Source: an uncultured Clostridia bacterium
GTDB taxonomy: Bacteria; Bacillota; Clostridia; TANB77; CAG-465
Direction: 5' to 3'
DNA length: 64,000 nucleotides
Assembly (NCBI GenBank): GCA_947584535.1
Contig: CANPWO010000001.1
Coordinates: 19,816-83,815, forward strand
The notes beneath the pieces were generated by a model. It saw nothing but the letters and a program-made list of their open reading frames with translations, did not search any database and was not told the origin of the DNA. Both the position numbers and the translations under genes were made by a program. This document shows, one piece after another, positions 40,982 to 50,137 of the stretch; positions within the stretch are counted from its first letter, which is position 1; the number at the start of each line of letters is the position of its first letter.

Positions 40982-41296
40982 TTACTTATTAGCATCTATA
41001 AATATCTTTTCATAAGGCTTAACATAACCAAGTGTATCTCTTGCAACATCTTCTATATACTCATCAGTTTCTATATTAGTTTTTTGATTATCATAATAAC
41101 TAACTAATTTGGCTTTAGAGTCAATATCTGCCTTATATGTTTCTATTTTAGAATTATAACTATTTATTTTTATTTGTTGCTCACAAACTGTGTATACAAA
41201 ATACACAATAAAAGCAAATACAACTACATTAAATAGTCTTATTTTCTTCCTTTTTTTTCTTACAACTTTGTTTGAAGCATTATATGCTTTCCTCAT
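40982..41296 (-). CDS. divIC: septum formation initiator family protein (DivIC/FtsB-like)
   Basis: 104 aa. Basic N-terminus, one TM helix, a coiled coil, and the conserved tail DEYIEDVARDTLGYVKPYEKIF. Follows yabP-yabQ as in Bacillus. Confidence 0.75.
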   Translation of the reverse strand: MRKAYNASNKVVRKKRKKIRLFNVVVFAFIVYFVYTVCEQQIKINSYNSKIETYKADIDSKAKLVSYYDNQKTNIETDEYIEDVARDTLGYVKPYEKIFIDANK

Positions 41297-41786
41297 AATT
41301 TAATACCTTCTTCTTTCGTTTTTTTACTTTATTTTTTCTTTTCTTTAGTGATTCTGTAATAAATGTTATCACATAAAAAAACTTTTTGCAACATTTTTTT
41401 ACTATTTTTTTCATAAATATACATATTCTAGCAACAACATATATATTTAAATACAATGGTAATACAAAAAAATCTACTATACTTTTAGATGCTTTAAATA
41501 AAATTATGTATAGTTTAATAGCGTATTTGCTTAGAAATGAAAAATGTATAAAGCAGCCAAGTATTATTGCTAAAAAAATATAAAACCTCATATTTGTATC
41601 TAATATTTTTATAACGCCATACATTATTATTAATGTTGCAATTATGAAATATATAATGTCTTGTATTACTACTATAAGGGGTGGAATTTTTTTTATTTTT
41701 CTTAATGCTCTAAAAAAATCAAATATTACAGCTATTACAATACCGATAATAACAAACCCTATAAAATCAAGTAATTGATTAATCAT
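41280..41786 (-). CDS. yabQ: spore cortex biosynthesis protein YabQ
   Basis: 168 aa, polytopic. The DFFRALRK motif after TM1. Position between yabP and divIC. Confidence 0.7.
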   Translation of the reverse strand: MINQLLDFIGFVIIGIVIAVIFDFFRALRKIKKIPPLIVVIQDIIYFIIATLIIMYGVIKILDTNMRFYIFLAIILGCFIHFSFLSKYAIKLYIILFKASKSIVDFFVLPLYLNIYVVARICIFMKKIVKKCCKKFFYVITFITESLKKRKNKVKKRKKKVLNYEESI

Positions 41787-41807
41787 GAGTATAATACTTC
41801 CCTTTAA

Positions 41808-42104
41808 CTATTTAAATAATTTATTCATAAATCCTGATTTCTTAGCTTGGTTTGTATCACTATATGCAACAGCAATTATTTGCCCTTCAACTATAAGCTC
41901 ATTATTTTCAAGATTTAACTTATTCATCTTTAAATCATCACCTTTTATAGTTAATATACCAAGATCTGTCTGTGCAAGAACAAGTTCATCATCAAAACTA
42001 TGGATATCAATTACACCTGTGACTGATATTTTTTCTCTATTTTCCATAATTATATTTTGATTTGTAACTATTTTTGATATTTTTTTATCTTCCATTTTCT
42101 TCAC
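41808..42104 (-). CDS. yabP: sporulation protein YabP
   Basis: 98 aa. NREKISVTGVIDIHSFDDELVLAQTDLGILTIKGDDLKMNKLNLE matches the YabP/YqfC family pattern. Confidence 0.85.
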   Translation of the reverse strand: MKKMEDKKISKIVTNQNIIMENREKISVTGVIDIHSFDDELVLAQTDLGILTIKGDDLKMNKLNLENNELIVEGQIIAVAYSDTNQAKKSGFMNKLFK

Positions 42105-42238
42105 CTCTTTATTTTATCTACAGTTTATCTATTATTATATATTCACAGATTTAATTATTTATTACTATTTTGTCCAAAATATTTTTTATTTTAAAAAAAG
42201 AATAACTAGAAAAATTATTCTAGTTACTCCTTTTATAT

Positions 42239-43087
42239 TTACATATCAAGCCACTTATTTCTTTGATATACAAATAAAACAATCAAACCCATAGTAAATA
42301 ATATCCAAAAAAACCAAAATGCTATATTAGCACTATTAATTGAGCTTTCAACTGACTCAAGATATGATGCAATACTTTTGTTATGCACTTTTATAACTGA
42401 TTCATCCACAGGATATATACTGTCATCTCTTAAGTTTACAAATACTGTACCACTAAAACTTAAAGGGATTATTTTATAACTATACCGTACATTTCCTAAT
42501 AAATCACCTGTCTTGCTAGTACCAAACCAAGTATCTTTTACCCTATCATAATAGTAATTCCCAATTACATTATTAGCATATTTAGGAGCTATGTTTTTCG
42601 AGTCAAGTTTTAAACTTACACAATATGAAGAAAAATCAAATTTAGCTGTATCAAAAGGTATCCCCATAAATTTAACTTTCTCATTTTTATAGGTATTACT
42701 ACCACAATAGTCCCATTCTTCATAGGTTTCTATTCTAGTATGAGTATTTCCTTCTGAATCTTCATATGTTACAGTTCTTGTCTTTTCAACGTACTTCTCC
42801 TTTTTACACACTATATACATGTAATTAGTTGCAAGCTCATCTAAAGAAACAGTATCAATTGCTTCAAATTTGCCATGCACTATAGACATACCAACATTTG
42901 TCTCCATTGCATACTTAAAGAGTTCCTGTTCATCTTCTTCGTATTTAACAGCAGAGCTATACTTTTCATTACTTGTTTTCATAGAAATAACAATTTTATT
43001 TGAAATAAATAGCCCAATAGCTATCATAGCAAGTGCTATAGCAATGGATACTAATACCTCGCCAAATGTTATTTTTATGCGATACAT
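42239..43087 (-). CDS. hypothetical membrane protein with a TM helix at each end
   Basis: 282-aa ORF directly downstream of the LemA gene. Confidence 0.5.
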   Translation of the reverse strand: MYRIKITFGEVLVSIAIALAMIAIGLFISNKIVISMKTSNEKYSSAVKYEEDEQELFKYAMETNVGMSIVHGKFEAIDTVSLDELATNYMYIVCKKEKYVEKTRTVTYEDSEGNTHTRIETYEEWDYCGSNTYKNEKVKFMGIPFDTAKFDFSSYCVSLKLDSKNIAPKYANNVIGNYYYDRVKDTWFGTSKTGDLLGNVRYSYKIIPLSFSGTVFVNLRDDSIYPVDESVIKVHNKSIASYLESVESSINSANIAFWFFWILFTMGLIVLFVYQRNKWLDM

Positions 43088-43098
43088 GTTATTTCACC

Positions 43099-43683
43099 TT
43101 ACCCTTGTTTGTTCCAGTTAATATTTGGTAAATCTGAATTATCACCAAGTGTTTCAGAGAGTTCTTTAAAATCAACTTTTTCATATCCTGTCATATTTAA
43201 GAAGATTTTTCTTATTGGATCTCTTAACGTTTTATTATAATCTCTTATGCTATCATTATATGCTTTTCTGGACGCTTCAAGATCTTTTTCCCATGTCATA
43301 ACAGCTTTGTTATAATCCTTATATAACTCAGTTGACTGAATTGTAGGATAAGCTTCAACGATAGCTGATAATGCAGTATTTACATTTGTATGGGCTTCAT
43401 CGAAATCACCATCTTCAATGTCTTTTCTTGCATTAGCTATATTCGCATATACATTTGACTCGAAATTTGTGTGCGCCATTGCAGAATCGGCAAGCAATTG
43501 AAGCGAGTCTACTTTGCTTTTTTCAATAGCCTTTATATCCTCATAATACTTCTTAACCCGAAGTTCAGCATCAATTGCATGCTTTTCAGCTGAAATTCTC
43601 GCTCCGAAAATTACTGCAATAATTGCGACTATGATACCAAGCACGCAACCTTCAAAAACAAATATACTTTTTCTACTTTTCAT
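43099..43683 (-). CDS. LemA family protein
   Basis: 194 aa. N-terminal TM helix followed by a helical LemA-like domain. Confidence 0.7.
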   Translation of the reverse strand: MKSRKSIFVFEGCVLGIIVAIIAVIFGARISAEKHAIDAELRVKKYYEDIKAIEKSKVDSLQLLADSAMAHTNFESNVYANIANARKDIEDGDFDEAHTNVNTALSAIVEAYPTIQSTELYKDYNKAVMTWEKDLEASRKAYNDSIRDYNKTLRDPIRKIFLNMTGYEKVDFKELSETLGDNSDLPNINWNKQG

Positions 43684-43822
43684 TTTAGTTTCCTCCTCTT
43701 TTAATTAAAATAAAGTTTGTAATAATTACTATTATATTATACCATATTTATGATATTATGTCAAATTATTCTTATGAAAAATGGCACTATTAAAATCAAT
43801 AGTACCAAGTTAAAATATTATA

Positions 43823-44323
43823 TTATGCTATAGGTATCATTATATTAGTCATATACTTACTTTCATCTTTTTCATTCCACCTACCACAAATAAATTGCTC
43901 CATAGGTGGTCCAACAATTTTTTTATTCTCTGCTTTTATAACCTTTAATAATCTACTATATGTTTGATAAATAGTATCATATTTTCCAATATGCTTTAAT
44001 GTAGCATATAAATTTATATCACATAATTTATTAATTTTTTTATCAAAGTATTCATTTACATATTTTTTATAGTCATCTTTACCTAAGTATATATTGTTAC
44101 ATAAATAATAACTATCACCTATTAACTTTAATTTTGTTATTTCATTTAAGCTGCGAATATCTGATAATAAAAGATTTTTGTCATTTATACACTTTTCAAA
44201 GTTTTTAATAATACCTATACTATCATCAAAGAAATAATCTACATTATCTTCTTTTTTATATTTAATATAATTTATATTTTTTAAACTGTCACTTGATTTT
44301 AAATTATAACTTTCCATATTCAT
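43823..44323 (-). CDS. hypothetical protein with a GyrI-like (small-molecule-binding) C-terminal half
   Basis: 166 aa. The tail YATLKHIGKYDTIYQTYSRLLKVIKAENKKIVGPPMEQFICGRWNEKDESKYMTNIMIPI resembles effector-binding GyrI-like domains. Confidence 0.45.
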   Translation of the reverse strand: MNMESYNLKSSDSLKNINYIKYKKEDNVDYFFDDSIGIIKNFEKCINDKNLLLSDIRSLNEITKLKLIGDSYYLCNNIYLGKDDYKKYVNEYFDKKINKLCDINLYATLKHIGKYDTIYQTYSRLLKVIKAENKKIVGPPMEQFICGRWNEKDESKYMTNIMIPIA

Positions 44324-44365
44324 TCCTTCTTTCTTGCCTTAAGTATATCATAACTCTACTTCTTT

Positions 44366-44391
44366 AAAAAGATAGGTGGTCACATATGGTA
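44366..44391 (-). promoter_or_regulatory. operator-like motif, copy 1 (upstream of the GyrI-like gene)
   Basis: AAAAAGATAGGTGGTCACATATGGTA matches 47075-47100 at 22 of 26 positions. It lies 43-68 nt upstream of the 44323 start codon and contains the GTGGTCAC imperfect palindrome. Confidence 0.45.
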
Positions 44392-44434
44392 TTAAAAATG
44401 GTATTAAAAAGAAATTTGTTTAATTTTCTAACTA

Positions 44435-45340
44435 TTAATTTTCTAAAATTAACTTTCCTCTCGATTTAATTGCATCTTTTAAAAGCTTAAAATATTTTAA
44501 ATATGAATTTTTATCCTTTGGAAAAGGACTATTCCAATTATGTATATCTGTAAATTCTTTTTTAATAGTATAATCTTCTTCAACATATGCTTGTAAATAA
44601 TTCTTTTTAACGAAATTTTCAAAGGTTTCATATTGTTTTAGCCATAATCTTGTGCTTTGTATAATATTTTCGTTTTTCTCATTTTTAGTCGTTAAATGTA
44701 GCAAATTTTTTAACGTATTATATGCTGCTTCCTCTTTATTTTCTTCTTTAAATACAAAATACTCATAAATTCTCATTAAAGTTAAATCAAACATATCATG
44801 TATCGCAGATTTTCCTGGACCGCTTCTACAAGAATTAAAGTCTCTTGGCACAGGAATATAATTTCCTATTGTATGATATAAACTAATAAGATCTACAATA
44901 TCCTTATATTCCTTTTCTTCTTTAAGAAAAATATTTTGAAAATTTGGATAATCTTCTATTTTACTCATCATATTATTCATGGAAATAGCACTTGGAAACT
45001 TCGCATTAGGACATTCAAATTTTTCTTTATACTTTTTCCACTCGTCTGGATTATTTTCTATATAAAAATGTGAAATTAAAGTTTGAACACTTGTCATTGT
45101 ATCTGAAAATACACTATTTTTATCTTTTTTACATGTCTTTAGATAAATATTATCCCATTTCTTTTTATATACTTCTTGAAGTTTATTACTATAGTTATCA
45201 GGATCTTTTTTGTTATTACTTGATAATCTATACTCTAAATATTTTTCAAATCGTTCTTTTTTTTGATATTTATCGTAACTCTCTTTATTTATCTTTTCAT
45301 TTCCCAATGTATCATTTGTAAAATCATATTCTATATCCAT
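44435..45340 (-). CDS. hypothetical protein (301 aa), last gene of the WYL operon
   Basis: Its start codon abuts the WYL gene stop (45340/45341). Conserved-looking core YHTIGNYIPVPRDFNSCRSGPGKSAIHDMFDLTL. No family recognised. Confidence 0.6.
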   Translation of the reverse strand: MDIEYDFTNDTLGNEKINKESYDKYQKKERFEKYLEYRLSSNNKKDPDNYSNKLQEVYKKKWDNIYLKTCKKDKNSVFSDTMTSVQTLISHFYIENNPDEWKKYKEKFECPNAKFPSAISMNNMMSKIEDYPNFQNIFLKEEKEYKDIVDLISLYHTIGNYIPVPRDFNSCRSGPGKSAIHDMFDLTLMRIYEYFVFKEENKEEAAYNTLKNLLHLTTKNEKNENIIQSTRLWLKQYETFENFVKKNYLQAYVEEDYTIKKEFTDIHNWNSPFPKDKNSYLKYFKLLKDAIKSRGKLILEN

Positions 45341-46315
45341 TTATTTAACTCCCTTAATTACTCTTTTTATATCTTTTATTAAACTTTCTGGTGATAATAC
45401 TTTAACAGTTTCTATATTTCTTAAGCACCAATATCTAAACCCTTTAATAGTTGTATAAAATGATGCATAAAATTTATTTTTGTCTATTTTTCTAAATTTA
45501 ACGTCTTTACCATATAATTCAATTACATTATCAAGCATTGACATATCACACTCTATTTCTACCTTCTCCGTATCACCTGATAACATGTTAACATTACTTT
45601 TTATAAAGAAATCTATTTCATTATCATCAAACTTACTAGATATTTTTTCATTAGTAATATTTATATTCTTCATTCTATCTAACCTACGGCTATATAGCTC
45701 TTTTTTATCTTCATCTAAACATATTAGATAAAATTTTTGCAAAGCATAAATAAGTTTATATGGTGACGTTTTTACTCTTTTTTCTAATACATATTCTAGA
45801 TTTTCATTTAACTCATATTTATAATAATCAAATGATATTTTCTTTTTATAAAATATAGCTTCATTAATATCTTCTATATTCTTTATAATTTCTTGATTAT
45901 CTGTTCTTGTATTTTTAATAGATGGCTTGTAATTTTTATACTTATCTCTTTCGTAAATATCCATCATATTAATACATTTGTTAATAATTGAATATGACAT
46001 CTTTTCAGGTATAAAATTAGAATATGCAAAAGTATTAAGTATTGCTGATAACTCGCCTTTTTCAAATTCATACTCAGGGTCTTGCCTTATAAAATAACCT
46101 TTTTTATTTTCTTCATACTTTTCTATATCATAGTTAAATTTTTCTATTAATAAATTAATATTTCTTCTAACAGTTCTTGAATCAATTGAGACATTATATT
46201 CTTTTTTTATTAAATCTCTTATTTTATTAGAAGATATTGCATAATCTTCATTACTATACTTTTTTAAAATATTTAAAATATACAATATATTACCATTTTT
46301 CTCATAAAGTTCCAT
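45341..46315 (-). CDS. HTH plus WYL-domain transcriptional regulator
   Basis: 324 aa. N-terminal winged-HTH (ISSNKIRDLIKKEYNVSIDSRTVRRNINLL). Central WYL-like domain (ISFDYYKY...PYKLIYALQKFYLICLDEDKKELYSRRLDRMKNINI). Confidence 0.75.
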   Translation of the reverse strand: MELYEKNGNILYILNILKKYSNEDYAISSNKIRDLIKKEYNVSIDSRTVRRNINLLIEKFNYDIEKYEENKKGYFIRQDPEYEFEKGELSAILNTFAYSNFIPEKMSYSIINKCINMMDIYERDKYKNYKPSIKNTRTDNQEIIKNIEDINEAIFYKKKISFDYYKYELNENLEYVLEKRVKTSPYKLIYALQKFYLICLDEDKKELYSRRLDRMKNINITNEKISSKFDDNEIDFFIKSNVNMLSGDTEKVEIECDMSMLDNVIELYGKDVKFRKIDKNKFYASFYTTIKGFRYWCLRNIETVKVLSPESLIKDIKRVIKGVK

Positions 46316-46316
46316 A

Positions 46317-47033
46317 TTACACCTCTACTATCTGCTTTTTTTCATTGATTAAAGTATTGCAATCATCATAACTTTTCCCAATTAAAAATCTATTATAACC
46401 AATTATTTTTAAATATTTATATTCTGGCTTAATTATCTCTTTTTTTAATTTTAAATCATACACACCATATAAATCATTATTTACTACTTTTACTTGATAT
46501 ATATTATCTGGATATGTACTGCAAAATTCATTTTCTACCATTAATTCTAAATCAGGTGATGCTACTAGAAAGTCATATTCAAATGGAACAATAACATTAT
46601 TATTCTTATCTATAACTCCAGCTTTATATGTTTTATTATCTGCAACTCTAAAATATGTACCAGTACTGTCCATTGCCTCCATATTTATATATTTAATTGG
46701 TATTATAACATTGCCTTTTTTATTTATTAAACCATGTTTTAACAAAACTATTTTTTCTTTACTTTCAATTTCTTTATATTCATTTGGTAACATTACTTGA
46801 TAATTATCACCACATTCTATAAAAGGATATATATACTTAGGCTCAATTATTACATTTCCATTTTTATCTACTAATCCCCATTTACCTTCCATACCATACA
46901 CTTCATCTATATTTGTATGAGCGAAGTAACACACCTCTGTTATTTCATTTGGACTTTTAGTGCTTACCATATAATTACCATCTTTTAATTCATATATTTG
47001 CTTATATCTTTTTTCTAATTCTTCTTTATTCAT
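46317..47033 (-). CDS. WG-repeat (KWG) beta-propeller-like protein
   Basis: Repeats GKWGLVDKNGNVIIEPKY, HGLINKKGNVIIPIKY, KAGVIDKNNNVIVPFEY and LYGVYDLKLKKEIIKPEY. Start placed at ATG 47033, after an AAGGAG RBS. The stop lies 1 nt from the WYL start. Confidence 0.7.
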   Translation of the reverse strand: MNKEELEKRYKQIYELKDGNYMVSTKSPNEITEVCYFAHTNIDEVYGMEGKWGLVDKNGNVIIEPKYIYPFIECGDNYQVMLPNEYKEIESKEKIVLLKHGLINKKGNVIIPIKYINMEAMDSTGTYFRVADNKTYKAGVIDKNNNVIVPFEYDFLVASPDLELMVENEFCSTYPDNIYQVKVVNNDLYGVYDLKLKKEIIKPEYKYLKIIGYNRFLIGKSYDDCNTLINEKKQIVEV

Positions 47034-47074
47034 ATTTACTCCTTTAATTATATTATACATTAAAATATAAAATA

Positions 47075-47100
47075 AAAAAGATATGTGGTCATATAGTGTA
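47075..47100 (-). promoter_or_regulatory. operator-like motif, copy 2 (upstream of the WG-repeat/WYL operon)
   Basis: AAAAAGATATGTGGTCATATAGTGTA. On the minus strand it sits about 20 nt upstream of a TGTATAAT extended -10 element. Confidence 0.45.
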
Positions 47101-47223
47101 CCAATTTACTAAAATTATATTATAAATATTATTATTTCTATACTATTATACTATAAATTACTCTTTTTATAGTTTAAGTGGATACTATTATGAAAATAGT
47201 ACCCACCCTCTTAAATTAAATAA

Positions 47224-49284
47224 TTAAAAATTAATTGTTTGTTCTTTTGCAAGTTGTCCGTTTAAATATATTTTTAATACAGCTTTTTGATAGCCATTTA
47301 TACTAAATGATGTAGTTGTTTCAGTAGGAGCAAATGACTTTTCAAAAATAGTATTAGTTGCACCATTATCAATACTTGCAGTTACTTTAACTGTAATTGT
47401 TTCAGCATCTATTGGACTACCACCTTGAAGCTCTAATAAATCAAGAGATACATTCTTTGTAATCAAAAGTTTATTAACAGTAATTTCTACTATATCCCCT
47501 TCTTTTAGTTCCTGATTTTGTGGATAACTTTGTGCAATTACTACACCATTTGATTTTGAATTATCTTCAGAATATTTTACATTAACTTTAAGTTTTAGTT
47601 TCTCAAGTTTAGCTTTTGCATCTGCCTCTGTACTTCCAAGTACACTTGGCATAAGCACAGATTCTTTTCCATCTCCCTTACTTACTACTAATTTAATTGT
47701 ACTTCCATATGGTTTTTGTCCTTCTTTAGGATCTTGTGAGATTATAATACCAGCTGTAACTTTTTCATTAACTACTTCTTCTGTTTCAATTACAAAGCCA
47801 AGTGTATCTTGAAGTTCATAAGTTGCAACTTTTATATCTTTACCTGTTACATCTGTAACTTCAACTAGTTTTTCACCTTTACTTACTACAACGTAAATTT
47901 TCTTTTCTTTAGTTTTTGTTCCCTTTTCAGGTGTTTGTGATATTATATTTCCTTCAGGTTGTTCAGAACTATAATCTGATTTTTCTTGTATTATTTCTAT
48001 ACCTTGGTTTTTATATTCTTCAACTACTTCATCAAATTTTCTTCCTACAAGATTTGGTACATCAATTTGTGCATTTGCTTCATTTTGTGCTTTAATTTTA
48101 TTATACATTTTTATTCCAAATACAGAGCCACCTATTAAAACTATTACACCAACACAAATTAATATAATTAAAGTTTTCTTTTTGTTCTTTTTAGGTTGTT
48201 TATTATTATCTCTTACAGTTTCTTTTGGTTGTTGTACTTTTTCTTCCTCATCTTGTACAGTAGCTGCTTCTGCCCTTCTTCTATTACTTGCAGAAACTAC
48301 ATTCATCCTATTTGCATTTGCAGCCTGTCTTGTTCTTAAATTTGGTACTTTATTTTCTTCTTCATTTACTGTTTCATCTACTTTTATAATTGGTATAACT
48401 TGTGTTTCACCTGCTGAAACAGAGCTACTAGGCTTTGATATATTAATATTAGGATTTGCAAGAGCAAGTGATATATCAGATAAAAGTTCAGTTGCATTTT
48501 GGTATCTTGTAACTGTACTTTTTGACATTGCTTTCATTATAATCTGATTAAGTGCAATACTTACTTTTGGATTTTTAACTATCGGCTCAATTGGTTCTTC
48601 CTGTATGTGTTTAAGAGCAACAGATACTGGACTATCTCCATCAAATGGTAATTTACCAGTTGCCATTTCATACATTACTACACCAAGTGAATAAATATCA
48701 GATTTTTCATCAGTGTATCCACCTTTAGCATGTTCTGGTGAAAAGTAATGCACAGAGCCCATAGTATTTCCAAAACTAGTTATAGTAGCACTTGGTGCAT
48801 TTGTTATTTTAGCTATACCAAAATCAGTAACTTTAGCTACCATATTTTTATTTAATACTATATTTTGTGGCTTTATATCTCTATGTATAATATGTGATTT
48901 ATGTGCTGCTTCAAGAGCAGATGCAATTTGTGCAGCAATTTTAAGTGTTAGTTCATTTCTTAATGCACCATTTTCCTCTATATAATCTTTTAATGTCTTG
49001 CTTTCTAAAAGCTCCATAACAATATAGTTTATTCCATCTTCTTCTCCAACATCAAAAACGGAAACTATATTTGGATGAGTAAGTGCAGCAGCTGATTGTG
49101 CTTCTGCTCTAAATCTTTTTACAAAAGTCTCATCCTTTGAATATTCACTTTTTAATACTTTTATAGCGACAAATCTATTTAAAAGTCTACATTTAGCCCT
49201 ATATACAGTTGCCATACCACCTTCGCCAATTTTCTCAAGTATTTCATATCTAGAGCCAAGTACCTTTCCAACTAAATCGTCCAT
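47224..49284 (-). CDS. prkC: Ser/Thr protein kinase with PASTA repeats
   Basis: 686 aa. GEGGMATVY, HRDIKPQN, DFGIAK, one TM helix, then PASTA repeats (VPNLVGRKFDEV..., VTDVTGKDIKVA..., MPSVLGSTEADA...). Confidence 0.95.
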   Translation of the reverse strand: MDDLVGKVLGSRYEILEKIGEGGMATVYRAKCRLLNRFVAIKVLKSEYSKDETFVKRFRAEAQSAAALTHPNIVSVFDVGEEDGINYIVMELLESKTLKDYIEENGALRNELTLKIAAQIASALEAAHKSHIIHRDIKPQNIVLNKNMVAKVTDFGIAKITNAPSATITSFGNTMGSVHYFSPEHAKGGYTDEKSDIYSLGVVMYEMATGKLPFDGDSPVSVALKHIQEEPIEPIVKNPKVSIALNQIIMKAMSKSTVTRYQNATELLSDISLALANPNINISKPSSSVSAGETQVIPIIKVDETVNEEENKVPNLRTRQAANANRMNVVSASNRRRAEAATVQDEEEKVQQPKETVRDNNKQPKKNKKKTLIILICVGVIVLIGGSVFGIKMYNKIKAQNEANAQIDVPNLVGRKFDEVVEEYKNQGIEIIQEKSDYSSEQPEGNIISQTPEKGTKTKEKKIYVVVSKGEKLVEVTDVTGKDIKVATYELQDTLGFVIETEEVVNEKVTAGIIISQDPKEGQKPYGSTIKLVVSKGDGKESVLMPSVLGSTEADAKAKLEKLKLKVNVKYSEDNSKSNGVVIAQSYPQNQELKEGDIVEITVNKLLITKNVSLDLLELQGGSPIDAETITVKVTASIDNGATNTIFEKSFAPTETTTSFSINGYQKAVLKIYLNGQLAKEQTINF

Positions 49285-49289
49285 ATCAA

Positions 49290-50033
49290 CTATTCTCCTT
49301 TTTTAACTAAAACAACAGTAATGTTATCGTTTCCACCCTTTTCATTTGCTTTTAATACAAGTTTTTCTGCAATGTATTCAAAATTATTGTCTTGTATTAC
49401 TTTTAATATTTCTTTATCATTTAGCATATTAGTAAGACCATCAGTACATAACAGTAAATAGCCTTTTTTCTTATCAAGTTTCTTTATCTCTACATCTATA
49501 TCTTTTAATATTCCTACCGCTTTTGTTAACATATGCTTTTGAGGATGATTTTCCGCCTCTTCCTTAGTTATAACATTAGTCCTTATTAACTCATTTACAT
49601 ATGTATCGTCCTCTGTAATTTGTATAATATTTTTTAATTTTTCATCTATATAATATATTCTTGTATCACCTACAGAAGTATAATATATATTATTTTTTAC
49701 CTTAAGTATAGCGACAACAGTTGTACCCATGCCTTCATATTTAGCATCAGTTTTCTCTAAATTATATATTTTCTCGTTTGCTCTTACTACAGATTCTTTA
49801 AAAATTTCCTTTATTTGCTCTTCTTTTTTTGCTGGTAATATATTAATATATTCTTCTATACACGCAGACATTGTTTCGGTAATTATACCACTTGCAACTT
49901 CTCCACTTGCATAGCCACCAAGTCCGTCAGCTACTACAAATAAAGAAACATCTTCATTATATTCTTTGGCAAAGAAACTATCTTCATTATTTGTTCTTCT
50001 TTTACCAACATCCGACCTTGCGACAAAATTCAT
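49290..50033 (-). CDS. prpC: PP2C-family Ser/Thr phosphatase
   Basis: 247 aa. RRTNNEDSF, VADGLGG and CTDGLTN motifs. Immediately upstream of prkC. Confidence 0.9.
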   Translation of the reverse strand: MNFVARSDVGKRRTNNEDSFFAKEYNEDVSLFVVADGLGGYASGEVASGIITETMSACIEEYINILPAKKEEQIKEIFKESVVRANEKIYNLEKTDAKYEGMGTTVVAILKVKNNIYYTSVGDTRIYYIDEKLKNIIQITEDDTYVNELIRTNVITKEEAENHPQKHMLTKAVGILKDIDVEIKKLDKKKGYLLLCTDGLTNMLNDKEILKVIQDNNFEYIAEKLVLKANEKGGNDNITVVLVKKGE

Positions 50034-50137
50034 TATTTCACCTCTTTGTTACATATATATTATACCAAAAGATAGATTTATTTCAATACTTTATGTTATT
50101 TTTTATCTTATCTTTACAATTATTTTATTAAATAATA

